A stretch of DNA of 64,000 nucleotides from Deltaproteobacteria bacterium. GTDB taxonomy: Bacteria > Myxococcota > Kuafuiibacteriia > Kuafuiibacteriales > Kuafuiibacteriaceae. The notes beneath the pieces were generated by a model. The model saw nothing but the letters and a program-made list of their open reading frames with translations, searched no databases and was not told the DNA's origin. Of the stretch, positions 42,497 through 52,975 are shown piece after piece. The position numbers were made by a program, and so were the translations under genes. The stretch spans positions 448,001 through 512,000 of the forward strand of contig JAVJQW010000057.1 in the NCBI GenBank assembly GCA_040218735.1, written 5' to 3'. Positions within the stretch are counted from its first letter, which is position 1; each line of letters begins with the position of its first letter.

Positions 42497-45142
42497 TCAG
42501 TTGGCCACGCTGTTGCGCGTGCCCGGTGTTCCGCCGGGAGTACGGCTCACGGCCCAGCTCCCCGCGACGTCGTTGTCGGCGTCGGGATCGACGAGCTCGA
42601 GCGACGCCCCGCCGGTGGCGTCGGGCCAAGGTGCGCTCGCCGAGTAGGCGACGCGATCCACGACCCGGCCGTCTGGATCGGACAGCTCGAGTGTCGCGGC
42701 GGAGTCGTCGAGCGGCGTCGGGAACGTGGCTACGGCGAAACGCCCGCCGCCCCGCGCTGCCCGCAGCGCACGATCGTCGCGCGCTACGATCAGATAGGCC
42801 TGCGGCAGGAGCACCGCGCCGGCCGGAAGGACCGCGTTCACACCCGCGAGACGCCACCCCGATAGATCCACGGCCTCCGTTGCGGAGGGGTTGAACAGCT
42901 CGACGAACTCCAGCTGAGAGCCTTCGGTCGGCGCGTAGTGGAGCTCGTTGATGACGATCCGAGGAGACGCGCTCTGCGCCGCCGGGACTTCGCCCGGGAC
43001 TCGATGCGTCGTGAACAGGTGGGCTCGCCTCCGTGGCAAGAAGTCCTCCGTGATCTGTGCGACCGCGGCGGGGTGGTCGAGGAGGAGGCCCCACTGCTTC
43101 CACCGCTCCTTGTCGAGCGCTGCCTCCGGCGCGACCTGCGGGACGTAGGCGTCGATCCACGCGTCGTAGACGCCGTCGGCGAGGAATCGGTCCATCAACG
43201 TCCGAAGCCGTCGGTAGAACATGGCTCTGAAGTCCGGGTCGGCGTGCATCGCGTCGATGATCCGGTTCCAGAACCCATCCCACTTCGTGTGGTCGCGGTC
43301 GCCGAACAAGGGATGACTCGGCGAGACCGAAGGATCCAATCCGGTGATCGCGTCGTCGTCCGCGAGGATCGTGTCGTCGAGGACGTTCGGGTCAGCGTTG
43401 CGTCCGAAGGTGAGGTCCATGTCCCATGGGTGAATGGCCCAGCGTTGCGTCCCGTTCGTGTCCCGGTAGAGGTAGTAGTTCTTCGAGAGGTGGTCGTTGT
43501 TGTGAATGACGACGTTGACCGCCATGTAGTTGATCACCGCGGCGACGTCGACGTTGTCGAGGATGAACGCCTTGCGTCCCGACGGCTCGTTGATCGCCTG
43601 CAGGAAGTCGAAGAGATCCTCGTGCCCCTCGCGCTCTCGCGTGTTCTTCTCGTACAGGGCGGACACTTCCTCGAAGGACAGCGCCGCACCGTCGCTGTTC
43701 GCTTCGTACCAAGCACCTTCGGGATCCAGACCGTGCCGACGCAGGTAGTCGCGATCCATGTCTTCGACGAACGTGAACAAACCGAAGAACTCGCCGTTCT
43801 GTTGCACCCGCACGGGGAACGCGGCGTTGGCGGGGCTGCCCGACTCTCGCCACGTCCGGTAGGCGAGGCTGTCCCGCAGGTAACTCTTGTCGGAGTAGGC
43901 GGACTGCAGGTTGAACTGGTCGACGGGCGCCGGGAGCAACCCGGGCGCGTCCAAGAGGTGCCCGCGCGGGAGCTTCACCTTCCAGTTGTTCTTCGAGAAC
44001 TGGCGCGAGCTGTCGCCCTTGATGCGGACGCGCGCGCCGTCGAACAACACGCCGTCGTAGTAGATGACGGCGGGGTACAGGTCGTCCAAGAACCACCCGT
44101 AGCGAGCGTCGCGATAATCGCTCGCCGCCATGAACCACTGCACGACCGGCAGCGCCGTCGACAGCGACGGATCGCGGACCACCGTTCCGTCCCACGTTCG
44201 TGTGTCCCCCGCGCGCGGCCACGTTCCGACGCCCTCCCCGTACGCGACGACCCGATAGCGCACCAGCGTCGACGCGGGTTGTCCGACGATCTCCGCCGCG
44301 AACACGCCGGGCGCGTCCGACGTCATGGTGACCGTCGTGGTCTCGGCGAAACCGATCTTCACGGCGAGCTCGGCGCGCGTGGCTCCGTCGATCGTGGCGA
44401 CGACGCGGAGCGCCGTGTTGGGCTCGGGGGCGCGCGGCGCTTCGAGGACGACGACGTACGGTGCGGCGGCCTCGGCGTAGACCGAGTTGCGCTCGCCCGG
44501 GGTCGGACCTCCGGCGCGCCATGCGCGCGCCGCGGCGTTGTCGAGCGACGGGTTCACCAGCTCCAACGCCGGCCCCAGACCGTCGGGCGTGATCGGCCAC
44601 GGATCGGTGTCGGCGTAGCTCACCCGGTCGACGCGTCGGCCCGCGCCGTCGATCAGCTCCAGGACTTCGCCGCTGTTGCGGAGCCCGCCGCTCGCGACGA
44701 AGTCCGGCTGGCGTCCGTAGGCGCCGACGTACCCCGCCGAGTCACTCGCGATCACCACGTAGCGGTCGGCTTCGAGGTCGAACGGCGGGAAGCTGAAATC
44801 GAATCCGCGGAGACGCCATCCGCCGACCGCGACGGTCTCGCCGCTCACGTTGTAGAGCTCGACGAACTGGGCGGTCTCGTCGTCGGCGGGCGGGTGATAC
44901 ATGATCTCGTTGATGACCACGGCGCCGACCGGTTCAGGGCCTGCGTCCTGCACACCGGCGTCGCGCGCGCCACCGTCACGCTCGAGAGTCGAGGGCCCGC
45001 CGTCCCGCGCGCCCGCATCGTGGGGGTCGGGGGCGTCCGAGGTGTCGTCCCCGGAGCAAGCCAGGGACGACGACGACGCCACAACCAAGAAGAACCACCA
45101 CCGCGGGACTACGCGCCCACCGCCGATGTACATCCGGATCAT
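42497..45142 (-). CDS. CotH-kinase family lipoprotein with lamin-tail domains
   Basis: VVINEIMYHP/FVELYN (LTD, two copies), RIKGDSS, KNYYLY, PWDMDLTFG; lipobox SLAC; start uncertain. Confidence 0.85.
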   Translation of the reverse strand: MIRMYIGGGRVVPRWWFFLVVASSSSLACSGDDTSDAPDPHDAGARDGGPSTLERDGGARDAGVQDAGPEPVGAVVINEIMYHPPADDETAQFVELYNVSGETVAVGGWRLRGFDFSFPPFDLEADRYVVIASDSAGYVGAYGRQPDFVASGGLRNSGEVLELIDGAGRRVDRVSYADTDPWPITPDGLGPALELVNPSLDNAAARAWRAGGPTPGERNSVYAEAAAPYVVVLEAPRAPEPNTALRVVATIDGATRAELAVKIGFAETTTVTMTSDAPGVFAAEIVGQPASTLVRYRVVAYGEGVGTWPRAGDTRTWDGTVVRDPSLSTALPVVQWFMAASDYRDARYGWFLDDLYPAVIYYDGVLFDGARVRIKGDSSRQFSKNNWKVKLPRGHLLDAPGLLPAPVDQFNLQSAYSDKSYLRDSLAYRTWRESGSPANAAFPVRVQQNGEFFGLFTFVEDMDRDYLRRHGLDPEGAWYEANSDGAALSFEEVSALYEKNTREREGHEDLFDFLQAINEPSGRKAFILDNVDVAAVINYMAVNVVIHNNDHLSKNYYLYRDTNGTQRWAIHPWDMDLTFGRNADPNVLDDTILADDDAITGLDPSVSPSHPLFGDRDHTKWDGFWNRIIDAMHADPDFRAMFYRRLRTLMDRFLADGVYDAWIDAYVPQVAPEAALDKERWKQWGLLLDHPAAVAQITEDFLPRRRAHLFTTHRVPGEVPAAQSASPRIVINELHYAPTEGSQLEFVELFNPSATEAVDLSGWRLAGVNAVLPAGAVLLPQAYLIVARDDRALRAARGGGRFAVATFPTPLDDSAATLELSDPDGRVVDRVAYSASAPWPDATGGASLELVDPDADNDVAGSWAVSRTPGGTPGTRNSVAN

Positions 45143-45179
45143 GCTACGCCACCGCGCGGCGGTTTCAAGCCCTGTTGCG

Positions 45180-45980
45180 CTAGGGGCGCAGCCACTCGGA
45201 CATGAACAGCGAGAAGACGTGCCGCGGGTTCCAGTCGCGACGCGTCTTGCCGTACAGGCCCGGCGCCCGAAGGTCCTCGTCCGTGTACTCCGCGCCGAAC
45301 GCACGCTCCGCGTAGATCGCGACGGCCTCCTCGACCCAGCGTTTGCTCCGGTAGACGGGCATCAGCATCTGGTCGATCGCGTCGCGCTCCTTCTCGGTGC
45401 AGCCCATGAGGTGAACGGCGTGCGTCATCTCGTGCACCATCAGGTGCGGGCGCCGCAGGACGTGCTCCTCGCGTAGGCCGATCATCGCGAAGTCGTCCTT
45501 CGGGTCGTTCCAGAAGATCCCGGCGGCGTTCGGGTTGGTGTGGCGCGGAAAGCCGAAGCGACGAAAGTCGTCTTGCTCGGGGATCAGCTCCAGGTGAATC
45601 GGTTTCGCGAGGAGCATCCGCGCGAGGACCGCGGGGTGGCCGGAGAGGACGCGCAAGACACCTTGCTTCGCGGCGTCGACCGTCGATGCCTGCACGCGGT
45701 TCGCGTGTACGACGAGCTGCTCCTTTTCGTAGCGCGCGAGGAGCTTCGGATCGCTGCGCGGCGGGGTGCCCTTGCGTTCGAAGAGGTCGCCGCCGCGGAT
45801 CAGCGAGAACGCCGAGATCGCGAGCGGCGAAGGCCCGCGGCGCTTCGCGGCCCCGATGCGGTCCTCCCAGCGTTTGGCGGCGACCGCGAGGTCGATCGGC
45901 TCGGCGGCGCGGTCGGCGCCGTCACCGACGAACTCGTCGAGGGAGGTGGAAGGGTTCGTGCGTCGACGCCAGAAGGGCAT
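45180..45980 (-). CDS. Zincin-like metallopeptidase (HExxH)
   Basis: MVHEMTHAVH with downstream EE; start coupled to the M15A gene. Confidence 0.65.
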   Translation of the reverse strand: MPFWRRRTNPSTSLDEFVGDGADRAAEPIDLAVAAKRWEDRIGAAKRRGPSPLAISAFSLIRGGDLFERKGTPPRSDPKLLARYEKEQLVVHANRVQASTVDAAKQGVLRVLSGHPAVLARMLLAKPIHLELIPEQDDFRRFGFPRHTNPNAAGIFWNDPKDDFAMIGLREEHVLRRPHLMVHEMTHAVHLMGCTEKERDAIDQMLMPVYRSKRWVEEAVAIYAERAFGAEYTDEDLRAPGLYGKTRRDWNPRHVFSLFMSEWLRP

Positions 45981-46435
45981 CAGGTCCGCATGAGGAAGCG
46001 CTTCGCCGTGGGGCGACGCTCGTCCTCGACGCCGATGTGAATGAAGCCCTTCAGCGGATAGAACACCGACTCGTGCACGCCGAGGTCGTCGCCCTTGGCC
46101 TGCTCGGTCACCCACTCGAAGACGGCTTCGAGGTCGACATCGCCCTGCGGCTCGACGTCCGCAGCGCAGCCGGTGAGGTGCAGCGAATCGACGGACGCCG
46201 GGAGCCCCGCGTTGCGGCAGGCCTCGTTCAGCTTCACGTCGCGGAAGCCGGAGAGGACCTTCCACTCACCGGGGAACTTCGTGATGACCTGCTCGATCGC
46301 GCCGGCGAGCCGACGGAGGTTCGCGACGGTGGCTTCGTCCGGCTCGAGCTCGGCGGCGAGCGCCGGGAAGGTCGCGTCGACGAGGAAGTCGCCGAGCGTG
46401 AAGTGCTCGGACAGCTTCTGTGTCCGATCGGTCAT
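45980..46435 (-). CDS. Peptidase M15A (D-Ala-D-Ala carboxypeptidase-like)
   Basis: LS.HFTL, SGFR...LN, SLHLTG.AAD, FIHI. Confidence 0.85.
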   Translation of the reverse strand: MTDRTQKLSEHFTLGDFLVDATFPALAAELEPDEATVANLRRLAGAIEQVITKFPGEWKVLSGFRDVKLNEACRNAGLPASVDSLHLTGCAADVEPQGDVDLEAVFEWVTEQAKGDDLGVHESVFYPLKGFIHIGVEDERRPTAKRFLMRT

Positions 46436-46437
46436 CG

Positions 46438-46641
46438 TCAGATGTCCTGGTTCATGCGCCCGAGCTGGCCGCGCGTCTTGGCGCGCGAGAAGAGCTGATA
46501 CAGCAGGGTGTGGACGCCGGGATCCTCGAGCGCGTCGTAGTTGATCTCGCCCTTCTTCACCATCTCGGCGCAGGTCTCGAAGAACGAGAACTCCGGATTG
46601 TCGGCGAGCAGGTCGTCCATGGCCTGTTGGATGTCTTCCAT
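46438..46641 (-). CDS. Small hypothetical protein
   Basis: Codon-biased 67-aa acidic ORF ending 2 nt before the M15A start. Confidence 0.6.
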   Translation of the reverse strand: MEDIQQAMDDLLADNPEFSFFETCAEMVKKGEINYDALEDPGVHTLLYQLFSRAKTRGQLGRMNQDI

Positions 46642-46696
46642 CGGCGAGACGGAAGCTAACCGAACCGCACGGATTTCCAAACGAAAGAGCGACCGA

Positions 46697-47632
46697 TCAG
46701 GGGTCGTTTGCGACCTCCCCCAGATCCGCCGTCGGACCGACCTCCATGTACGCCGGGTCGCCGTCGAAGCTAAGACCAAGGAATCGCTCGGGATCGACGA
46801 AGTAAGACCGCGTCTTCCCCGCGTCCTTGCCCTTCGAGATGAGACACCTGGTCATCACCGCGAGGTGAAGGTGGGGCCCGGTGACTCGACCCGTCGCACC
46901 GACCGCGCCGAGCAGGTCGCCCTTCTCGACGAAGTCGCCGACCTTCCGATCCCGACGCGACATGTGGAAGTACGCGGAGAACAACCCGCCACCGTGGTCG
47001 AGGATCGTCGTGCCCCCGCTCTTCCAGAGCATGCTCGCGAGCACCACACGCCCCGCGAGCGCCGCGTGGATCGGATCGCCGGTGATGCCCTTGAGGTCGA
47101 GTCCGTAGTGCACGCTCTTGCGCCGCCCGTTGAAGACACGCCGCACGCCGAACGGGCTCGTCGTCACGCCCGCGACCGGGCGGAACACCCCGCCGATCGC
47201 CTTGGGCACACTCGGGTCGCGCTTCCACAGATCACTCATCTGCTGCGCTTCACGCCGCAGGCGCGCCTTCAGCTTCGACGATTGCCGATTCGTGAAGCGC
47301 TTACTCACGCGCAGCTGGCTCTCCTCGAAGATCCGGTGGTCCACCGGGAGGCGCACCGCGAGCGGTTGATCCTCGAGCATCATCTCCAGGCGGTAGCCTC
47401 CGGCCTCGACGTGCGTGGGGATGCCAACGAATCCTCTCAGTAGATTCTTGCTGACGCGATCGAGCGGCGTCACACAACCGAACGCTTCGAGGGAGCCGGA
47501 CTGGATCGTCCGGTCCGTCGTCTCGACGTACACGATCACCAGGTCCCCCAGGCGCGGCTCCGCCGGCGAAAAACGCACCTTGGGCGGCGCGCTCGCGGCG
47601 ATCATCAACGCGGGGAGGACGAGGGCCAGCAC
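46697..47632 (-). CDS. M23 family metallopeptidase
   Basis: HYGLD, DHGGG..S.Y.H, GATGRVTGPHLH; signal peptide. Confidence 0.9.
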   Translation of the reverse strand: MLALVLPALMIAASAPPKVRFSPAEPRLGDLVIVYVETTDRTIQSGSLEAFGCVTPLDRVSKNLLRGFVGIPTHVEAGGYRLEMMLEDQPLAVRLPVDHRIFEESQLRVSKRFTNRQSSKLKARLRREAQQMSDLWKRDPSVPKAIGGVFRPVAGVTTSPFGVRRVFNGRRKSVHYGLDLKGITGDPIHAALAGRVVLASMLWKSGGTTILDHGGGLFSAYFHMSRRDRKVGDFVEKGDLLGAVGATGRVTGPHLHLAVMTRCLISKGKDAGKTRSYFVDPERFLGLSFDGDPAYMEVGPTADLGEVANDP

Positions 47633-47644
47633 GCCGCGCTCTCG

Positions 47645-48520
47645 TCAGATACGCGCGCTCATGCGGATCGCGGTGAGGATGTCCCGCGTCGCCGTCGACT
47701 TGTTGAGCGTGTAGAAGTGCACGCCGGGCGCCCCGCCCTGCAAGAGGCCCAGACACTGGATCGTCGCGTGCGCTACGCCCAGCTCGTGGACACGCTGCGG
47801 CGAGTCCTTGCGCTTCTCGAGCGCCTCCAGGAGGTCGGGCGGGATGGTCGCGCCGCACATCTTCGTGAAGCGTTTGATCTGGTCGACGTTCTGGATCGGC
47901 ATGATGCCCGGAATGATCGGCACCGTGATGCCCTTCGCGCGCGCGCGGTCCACGAAGTCGAAGTACATGTGGTTGTCGAAGAACAGCTGCGTGATGAGGA
48001 ACTCGGCCCCCGCGTCGACCTTCGTCTTCAGGTTGTGCAGGTCCTGGTACGCGGACGGCGCCTCGGGGTGCGCCTCCGGATAACAGGCGCCCGCAATGCA
48101 GAAGTCGTGCTCCGACTTGATGAACGACGCGAGCTCGTTCGCGTACGCGAAGCCGCCCTTCGTCGCCTCGAACTTGTCCATCCCCTGCGGCGGATCCCCG
48201 CGCAGCGCGATGACGTTCTCGATGCCTCCCGCCTTCAGCTCCTTCAGGACACCGCCGATCTCCTCCTTCGTCGCGCCGACACACGTGAGGTGCGCCATCG
48301 CTTCGATGCCGAGCTCACCCTTGATGCGGCTCGTCAGCTCGACGGTCTTGGCGCGCGTGCTCCCCCCGGCGCCGTAGGTCACCGAGACGTACGCGGGTTT
48401 GAGGTCGCGGAGCTCCTGCAGCGCAGACCACAGGCTCTGCTCACCTTTCTCGGTCTTGGGCGGATAGAACTCGAACGAGAAGATCGGGTGCCCGGCTTGG
48501 AGCATTTCGGCGATGCGCAC
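47645..48520 (-). CDS. metF: 5,10-methylenetetrahydrofolate reductase
   Basis: SFEFYPPK, SVTYGAGG, AHLTC, ALRGDPP, ITQLFFD, HFYTLN. Confidence 0.97.
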   Translation of the reverse strand: MRIAEMLQAGHPIFSFEFYPPKTEKGEQSLWSALQELRDLKPAYVSVTYGAGGSTRAKTVELTSRIKGELGIEAMAHLTCVGATKEEIGGVLKELKAGGIENVIALRGDPPQGMDKFEATKGGFAYANELASFIKSEHDFCIAGACYPEAHPEAPSAYQDLHNLKTKVDAGAEFLITQLFFDNHMYFDFVDRARAKGITVPIIPGIMPIQNVDQIKRFTKMCGATIPPDLLEALEKRKDSPQRVHELGVAHATIQCLGLLQGGAPGVHFYTLNKSTATRDILTAIRMSARI

Positions 48521-48523
48521 GCA

Positions 48524-49603
48524 TCAACCGTCGACTCCGACGGGATCGGCGTCAACCCCCGTCGCCGGGGTCGCCGCCTCGGATGGGGTGCGTACCCGAC
48601 GCCAGATGAAGCCGTCGAGGATGTAGTGCGTGACCTGAGGGACCGCGAGGAGCGGTAGGAGCACCATCGCCGCGGTTTGGGACAGGTCGACCTTGGGGCC
48701 GAAGAAGATCGGGTGGTCGGAGTGCCAGAACAGCCGATCCCAGGTGAGCTCCTCCGCGAACGCGAGAAACGCGAGCACGCCGTAGAACGGGAGCACGCCG
48801 GCTCCGAGCACGCGCGCCGCGAGGGTCCGCCCGGACTCGCGGCGACCGTAGACCCACACGATCCCGAAGTACGGCACGCCGTGGATCAACACGTTGGTCA
48901 CCGTGAACGCCCAGTCGGAGTTCGTGGCGATGATCCCCACGCCCCAACAGGCGGCGGTCGTCGCGACCACGATGTGTTTGCCGACCCGCAGCGGGACCCC
49001 TTCGCGCAAACGAACGACCTGCCGCGCGACGTACACCACGAACACCCCGACGTAGAGCGGCCACAGCACCCGCACGAGCTTCTCGGACGCAAACGTCGCC
49101 GCGAAGTCACCGGGGACGAACCAGTGAAAGCGCCGGTCGAGGTGCGCGTGCCACCACACGATCGGGAAACACGTCGCGGCGTAGATCGTCGCGCCGTCGA
49201 GCCAGCGATCGACGCGGTGCAAGCGATCGTCCTTGCGGTTGTAGAGCGCGACCCACCCGTACTGCTGACGCACGAAGTGGAACACCGCGAGGTACGCGAG
49301 CCCCGTCCAGAACGCCGCGACGGAGATCGACGACAGCGCGAGTCCGAACGCATACGCGACGATCGGCGCCCCGAGGTAGAGTATCGGGCGCCTGCGCAGC
49401 GCGTCCGTGTCCAGGTACGTGCGGTACAGCGTCGCCCAGACGTGCGCGACGTCCACGAGCAACACACACACGATCCACATCGGGAACGGCGTGTCGCCGT
49501 CGGGCGCGATCCACCGACCGAGCGGCACCAGCGCCAGCGCGACGAGCGCGGGCGCGAGGAACATCGACAGGTCGAACCGGCGAGAGACGAGCCACGGGCT
49601 CAT
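48524..49603 (-). CDS. Multi-pass membrane protein associated with the speE cluster
   Basis: DVAHVW.T, HF.RQQYG, HG.PY, THY.LDG..W conserved His motifs. Confidence 0.75.
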   Translation of the reverse strand: MSPWLVSRRFDLSMFLAPALVALALVPLGRWIAPDGDTPFPMWIVCVLLVDVAHVWATLYRTYLDTDALRRRPILYLGAPIVAYAFGLALSSISVAAFWTGLAYLAVFHFVRQQYGWVALYNRKDDRLHRVDRWLDGATIYAATCFPIVWWHAHLDRRFHWFVPGDFAATFASEKLVRVLWPLYVGVFVVYVARQVVRLREGVPLRVGKHIVVATTAACWGVGIIATNSDWAFTVTNVLIHGVPYFGIVWVYGRRESGRTLAARVLGAGVLPFYGVLAFLAFAEELTWDRLFWHSDHPIFFGPKVDLSQTAAMVLLPLLAVPQVTHYILDGFIWRRVRTPSEAATPATGVDADPVGVDG

Positions 49604-51216
49604 CGTGCGCCCCTGAGCGCGGCGAGCACTTCGCGCGCCGCGCGGTCACCGTGAGCGAACGCCTCCTCGAACAACGCCACGCCCGACAGATCGGTATGGG
49701 CGAAGTGCACCGGTCCGACGGGGCGCGCGGCAGCGCGGCGCGCGGAGTCGGTGCGGGTGCCGGGCGTGGGGCGGACCATCCCGTGTCCCCACCGACGAAC
49801 GTCGATGCGCTCTACGGACTTCTCGAAGTCTTCGTGGGTGCGAGCGAGCTCGCGGACGACGGCGTCGGTCGCCTCCGACCACGACATCTCGAGGAGGGAG
49901 CGGCGCGCGGTCTTGGGATCGCCGAGGAGGGGGGTGTAGTGCGTCCAGACGGTGGGCCCGCGCGACGCACCGTCCTGGTGGGTCGCGACGACGTACCCGA
50001 GTGAACGGCTGTCGAAGATCGTGTTGTCCCAGGCCGTCTCGAACCCCGGCGACCAAGGGCGGCGCGTCAGGTGCACGTTGGCGACGAGCCACGGCGCGTA
50101 CGACGGGTGGTACGCGGGGACCTCGTAGCCCTGGATCAGGTAGCGGCGCAGGAAGGACGGGAGCGCGAAGATCACCTGCTCGGCGATCCACGTCGTGGAG
50201 CGGCGGAGCGCGAGGTCCCAGGTGCGGACGCGGACGCGGCGACCGTCACCTTCTGGCGCGACGGACGCGATCACCGTGAAGGGGCGGAACCGCGACTGCC
50301 CGATGCGCGCGACGATCCCGTCGGCGATGCGTGCGTTGCCGTTGGACCAGGAGAGGAACGGCGCGCTGTCGCCGCCTCCCTGCTTCGTGCGCGCGGCGAA
50401 GTAGTGCAGGCCGTACCAAGCGCTCGTCGTCTCGGGCACGGTGCCGTAGTCGTCGCGGCACGCGTAGTCGGCGAGGTGGCGGACGAAGGGGGCGTCGAAG
50501 CCTTCGCGGTCGAGCCACGCCGCAAAGGTCATCGCGTCGAGATCTTCGAAGCCGACGCCCTCGTCGACGGGGAGCGTGAACGCACGGCGGCCGTCGGTTC
50601 GGTGATCGACGAACGCGGCGACCTTCGCCTCGAAGCGTTCGAGCTGCTCGCGGTCCGCGGTCGTCGCCGCGTGCATCGGGAGGTGACCGCGGTGCCACGC
50701 GCCTTCGAAGTACACGCGCTCCTCCGGGTCGGCGACGAGGAGGTGCTCGGGGTACTGCGGGTGGCCGGCGTCGTCGTAGCCAGCGACGAAGCCGAGGTCG
50801 TCGCAGAGCTCGACGAGCGGTGCGTTCGTCTTGGGAGGCGCGGGGAGGTAGTGCGCGCCCCACGGGTACGACGTGACGTTCGAACGATCGCCGCGCGCGG
50901 TGCCGCCGGGCGCCGACTCGAGGTCGAGCACGAAGAACCGATCGAAGCCGGAGCGGTGCAGGCGCCACGCGGCGGAGAGCCCCGCGATGCCGCCGCCGAG
51001 GACGAGCACCGGGACTTCGACCGGCTCGGCGTCGGCGTCGGGAGGGAGCTGTCCGTCGCGGATTCGGTGCGCGGCGGCGAACGCCCCTTCGTGGAACTCA
51101 CCGCCGAAGGACGGCTCGGTGGTGCGCCGGCACCCCGCGAGCGCGCCGGCCGCGGTGGTGCCGAAGAGCCAGGTGAGGAGCTCGCGGCGCGTGGACGTCA
51201 GTGCCACCTCGACCAC
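49600..51216 (-). CDS. FAD-dependent amine oxidase-like oxidoreductase with Tat signal
   Basis: TRRELL leader, GGGIAGL, WGAHY, DYACRDDYG, WGHGM, FAHTDLSG..LFEEA. Confidence 0.88.
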   Translation of the reverse strand: MVEVALTSTRRELLTWLFGTTAAGALAGCRRTTEPSFGGEFHEGAFAAAHRIRDGQLPPDADAEPVEVPVLVLGGGIAGLSAAWRLHRSGFDRFFVLDLESAPGGTARGDRSNVTSYPWGAHYLPAPPKTNAPLVELCDDLGFVAGYDDAGHPQYPEHLLVADPEERVYFEGAWHRGHLPMHAATTADREQLERFEAKVAAFVDHRTDGRRAFTLPVDEGVGFEDLDAMTFAAWLDREGFDAPFVRHLADYACRDDYGTVPETTSAWYGLHYFAARTKQGGGDSAPFLSWSNGNARIADGIVARIGQSRFRPFTVIASVAPEGDGRRVRVRTWDLALRRSTTWIAEQVIFALPSFLRRYLIQGYEVPAYHPSYAPWLVANVHLTRRPWSPGFETAWDNTIFDSRSLGYVVATHQDGASRGPTVWTHYTPLLGDPKTARRSLLEMSWSEATDAVVRELARTHEDFEKSVERIDVRRWGHGMVRPTPGTRTDSARRAAARPVGPVHFAHTDLSGVALFEEAFAHGDRAAREVLAALRGAR

Positions 51217-52757
51217 TCCTCGTCGTAATACGCGACGAGCACCTGGTTGTTGAGTCGATTCACGTCCGTCGGGACGCGCGACATGTCCGCCGAGAAGACA
51301 AACAGCGACGCGAGGGTCTCGGGGTTCAGGAAGCGCAACTCACGTTGCGGCAACTGTCTCGGGACGTCGAACGGCTTGGGCGACGCGAGGACGTAGCCCC
51401 ACTCCCCGAACGAGGGGACCGCCGCGTGGTAGCCGCGCACGAAGAAGCCGACGTCCTCCATCGTCGTCGCGACGCACCAGAAGGACTTGCGCGCGTACAT
51501 CGGCGAGGTCGCCTGGACCACGGCGACGGCGTCCGGTGTCAACTTGCGTTGCAGGAGCCGGTAGAAGCGCGTGGTGTAGAGCTTGCCGAGCGAGAAGCTG
51601 TTCGGATCCGGGAAGTCGACGATGACGACGTCGTACGGGGCCTCGTCGGTGTCACGCAGCCAGATCATCGCGTCCTGGTTGACGACCTGCACGCGCGGGT
51701 CGTCGAGCGCGTGTTGGTTCTGCTCGGCGAGCAACGAGAGGTCCCGCGCGATGTCCGTCATCACCGGGTCGAGGTCGACGAGTGTCGCGACCTCGACGCC
51801 GGGGTAGCCGACGATCTCGCGCATCGCGAGCCCGTCGCCGCCGCCGAGGACGAGCACGCGCGCGGGCGCCCGACCGGTGCGCTCCGTGAACACCGAGAAG
51901 GCGGGGTGCACGAGCGCCTCGTGGTAGCGGAACTCGTCGGAGCTCGTGAGCTGCAGGTTGCCGTTGATGTAGAGCTGAAAGCTCGTGCGCCCCTGCGTCA
52001 TGACCACGCGCTGGTAGGGCGTGGTCTTCGCGTAGACGATCGGGTCCGCGTACAGCGCGTCCTCCGCGAGGTCGGTGATGTCGGAGGAGAACACCATCCC
52101 GATCACGAGGAACACGAGGCACGCGTACGCCTCGGCGCGCAGCAGCCAGACGATCCGCCGCTGCCGCAGCGCGTCCGCCAGCAGGTGCGTGCACCACACC
52201 GCGACGATCGCGTTGAGACACCCGACCGCGAACGCCCCGCGCACCAGCCCGAGCTTCGGCACCAAGAAGATCGGGAACGCGAGCGACGCGACCAACGCGC
52301 CGAGGTAGTCCGCCGTGAGCACCCGCGCGACGAGGTCCTTGAGGTCGTAGCGGTCCTTCAGGATCCGCATCAGCAGCGGGATCTCCAGCCCGACCAGCGC
52401 CCCGATGACGAGCACCAGCCCGTACAGGACCACGTGGAAGAACGACACCCGCGAGAAGGCGAGGAACAGCACCGCCGCCGACACCCCGCCGACGATCGCC
52501 ACCGCGATCTCGATCTCGATGAAACGCGCGACGACGTCCCGCGTGACGAACCCGGAGAGCCACGCGCCCACCCCCATCGCGAAGAGGTAGACGCCGATGA
52601 TGGTGGAGAACTGCGTGACGGAGTCGCCGAGGACGTAGCTGGCGAGGGTCCCGGCGATCAGCTCGTAGATCAGCCCGCACGTGCCGATCGCGAACACCGC
52701 GATCAGCACGGCCGGCGCGCTCACGGCGGGGCGCGCGGAGCGGGCCTCGGCGGTCAC
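51198..52757 (-). CDS. speE: Membrane-anchored polyamine aminopropyltransferase (spermidine synthase)
   Basis: About seven N-terminal TMs; DEFRYHEALVHP, VLGGGDG, VDLDP, VDFPDP, VPSFGEWG. Confidence 0.92.
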   Translation of the reverse strand: MTAEARSARPAVSAPAVLIAVFAIGTCGLIYELIAGTLASYVLGDSVTQFSTIIGVYLFAMGVGAWLSGFVTRDVVARFIEIEIAVAIVGGVSAAVLFLAFSRVSFFHVVLYGLVLVIGALVGLEIPLLMRILKDRYDLKDLVARVLTADYLGALVASLAFPIFLVPKLGLVRGAFAVGCLNAIVAVWCTHLLADALRQRRIVWLLRAEAYACLVFLVIGMVFSSDITDLAEDALYADPIVYAKTTPYQRVVMTQGRTSFQLYINGNLQLTSSDEFRYHEALVHPAFSVFTERTGRAPARVLVLGGGDGLAMREIVGYPGVEVATLVDLDPVMTDIARDLSLLAEQNQHALDDPRVQVVNQDAMIWLRDTDEAPYDVVIVDFPDPNSFSLGKLYTTRFYRLLQRKLTPDAVAVVQATSPMYARKSFWCVATTMEDVGFFVRGYHAAVPSFGEWGYVLASPKPFDVPRQLPQRELRFLNPETLASLFVFSADMSRVPTDVNRLNNQVLVAYYDEEWSRWH

Positions 52758-52972
52758 GCCCCGATGGCGGAGGCGATGATGATCGACAGCCCGATCACGA
52801 CCGAGCCGAGGAGGATGCCGACCGCCACGTTGTCATCCTCGGCGAGCTCCTTGCGGAGCGAGAACGGCGCGACACGCTCCATCACCAGGAACGCGATCGC
52901 GAAGATCGCGACGCCGATGAGTGAATAGACGACGGAGGCCACCATGTGGCCCTGCTGAGTCTCCCAGAACAT
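52754..52972 (-). CDS. DUF350 small membrane protein
   Basis: PF.L.KE..ED.N.AVGI..G..IG..III. Confidence 0.85.
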   Translation of the reverse strand: MFWETQQGHMVASVVYSLIGVAIFAIAFLVMERVAPFSLRKELAEDDNVAVGILLGSVVIGLSIIIASAIGA

Positions 52973-52975
52973 CTG

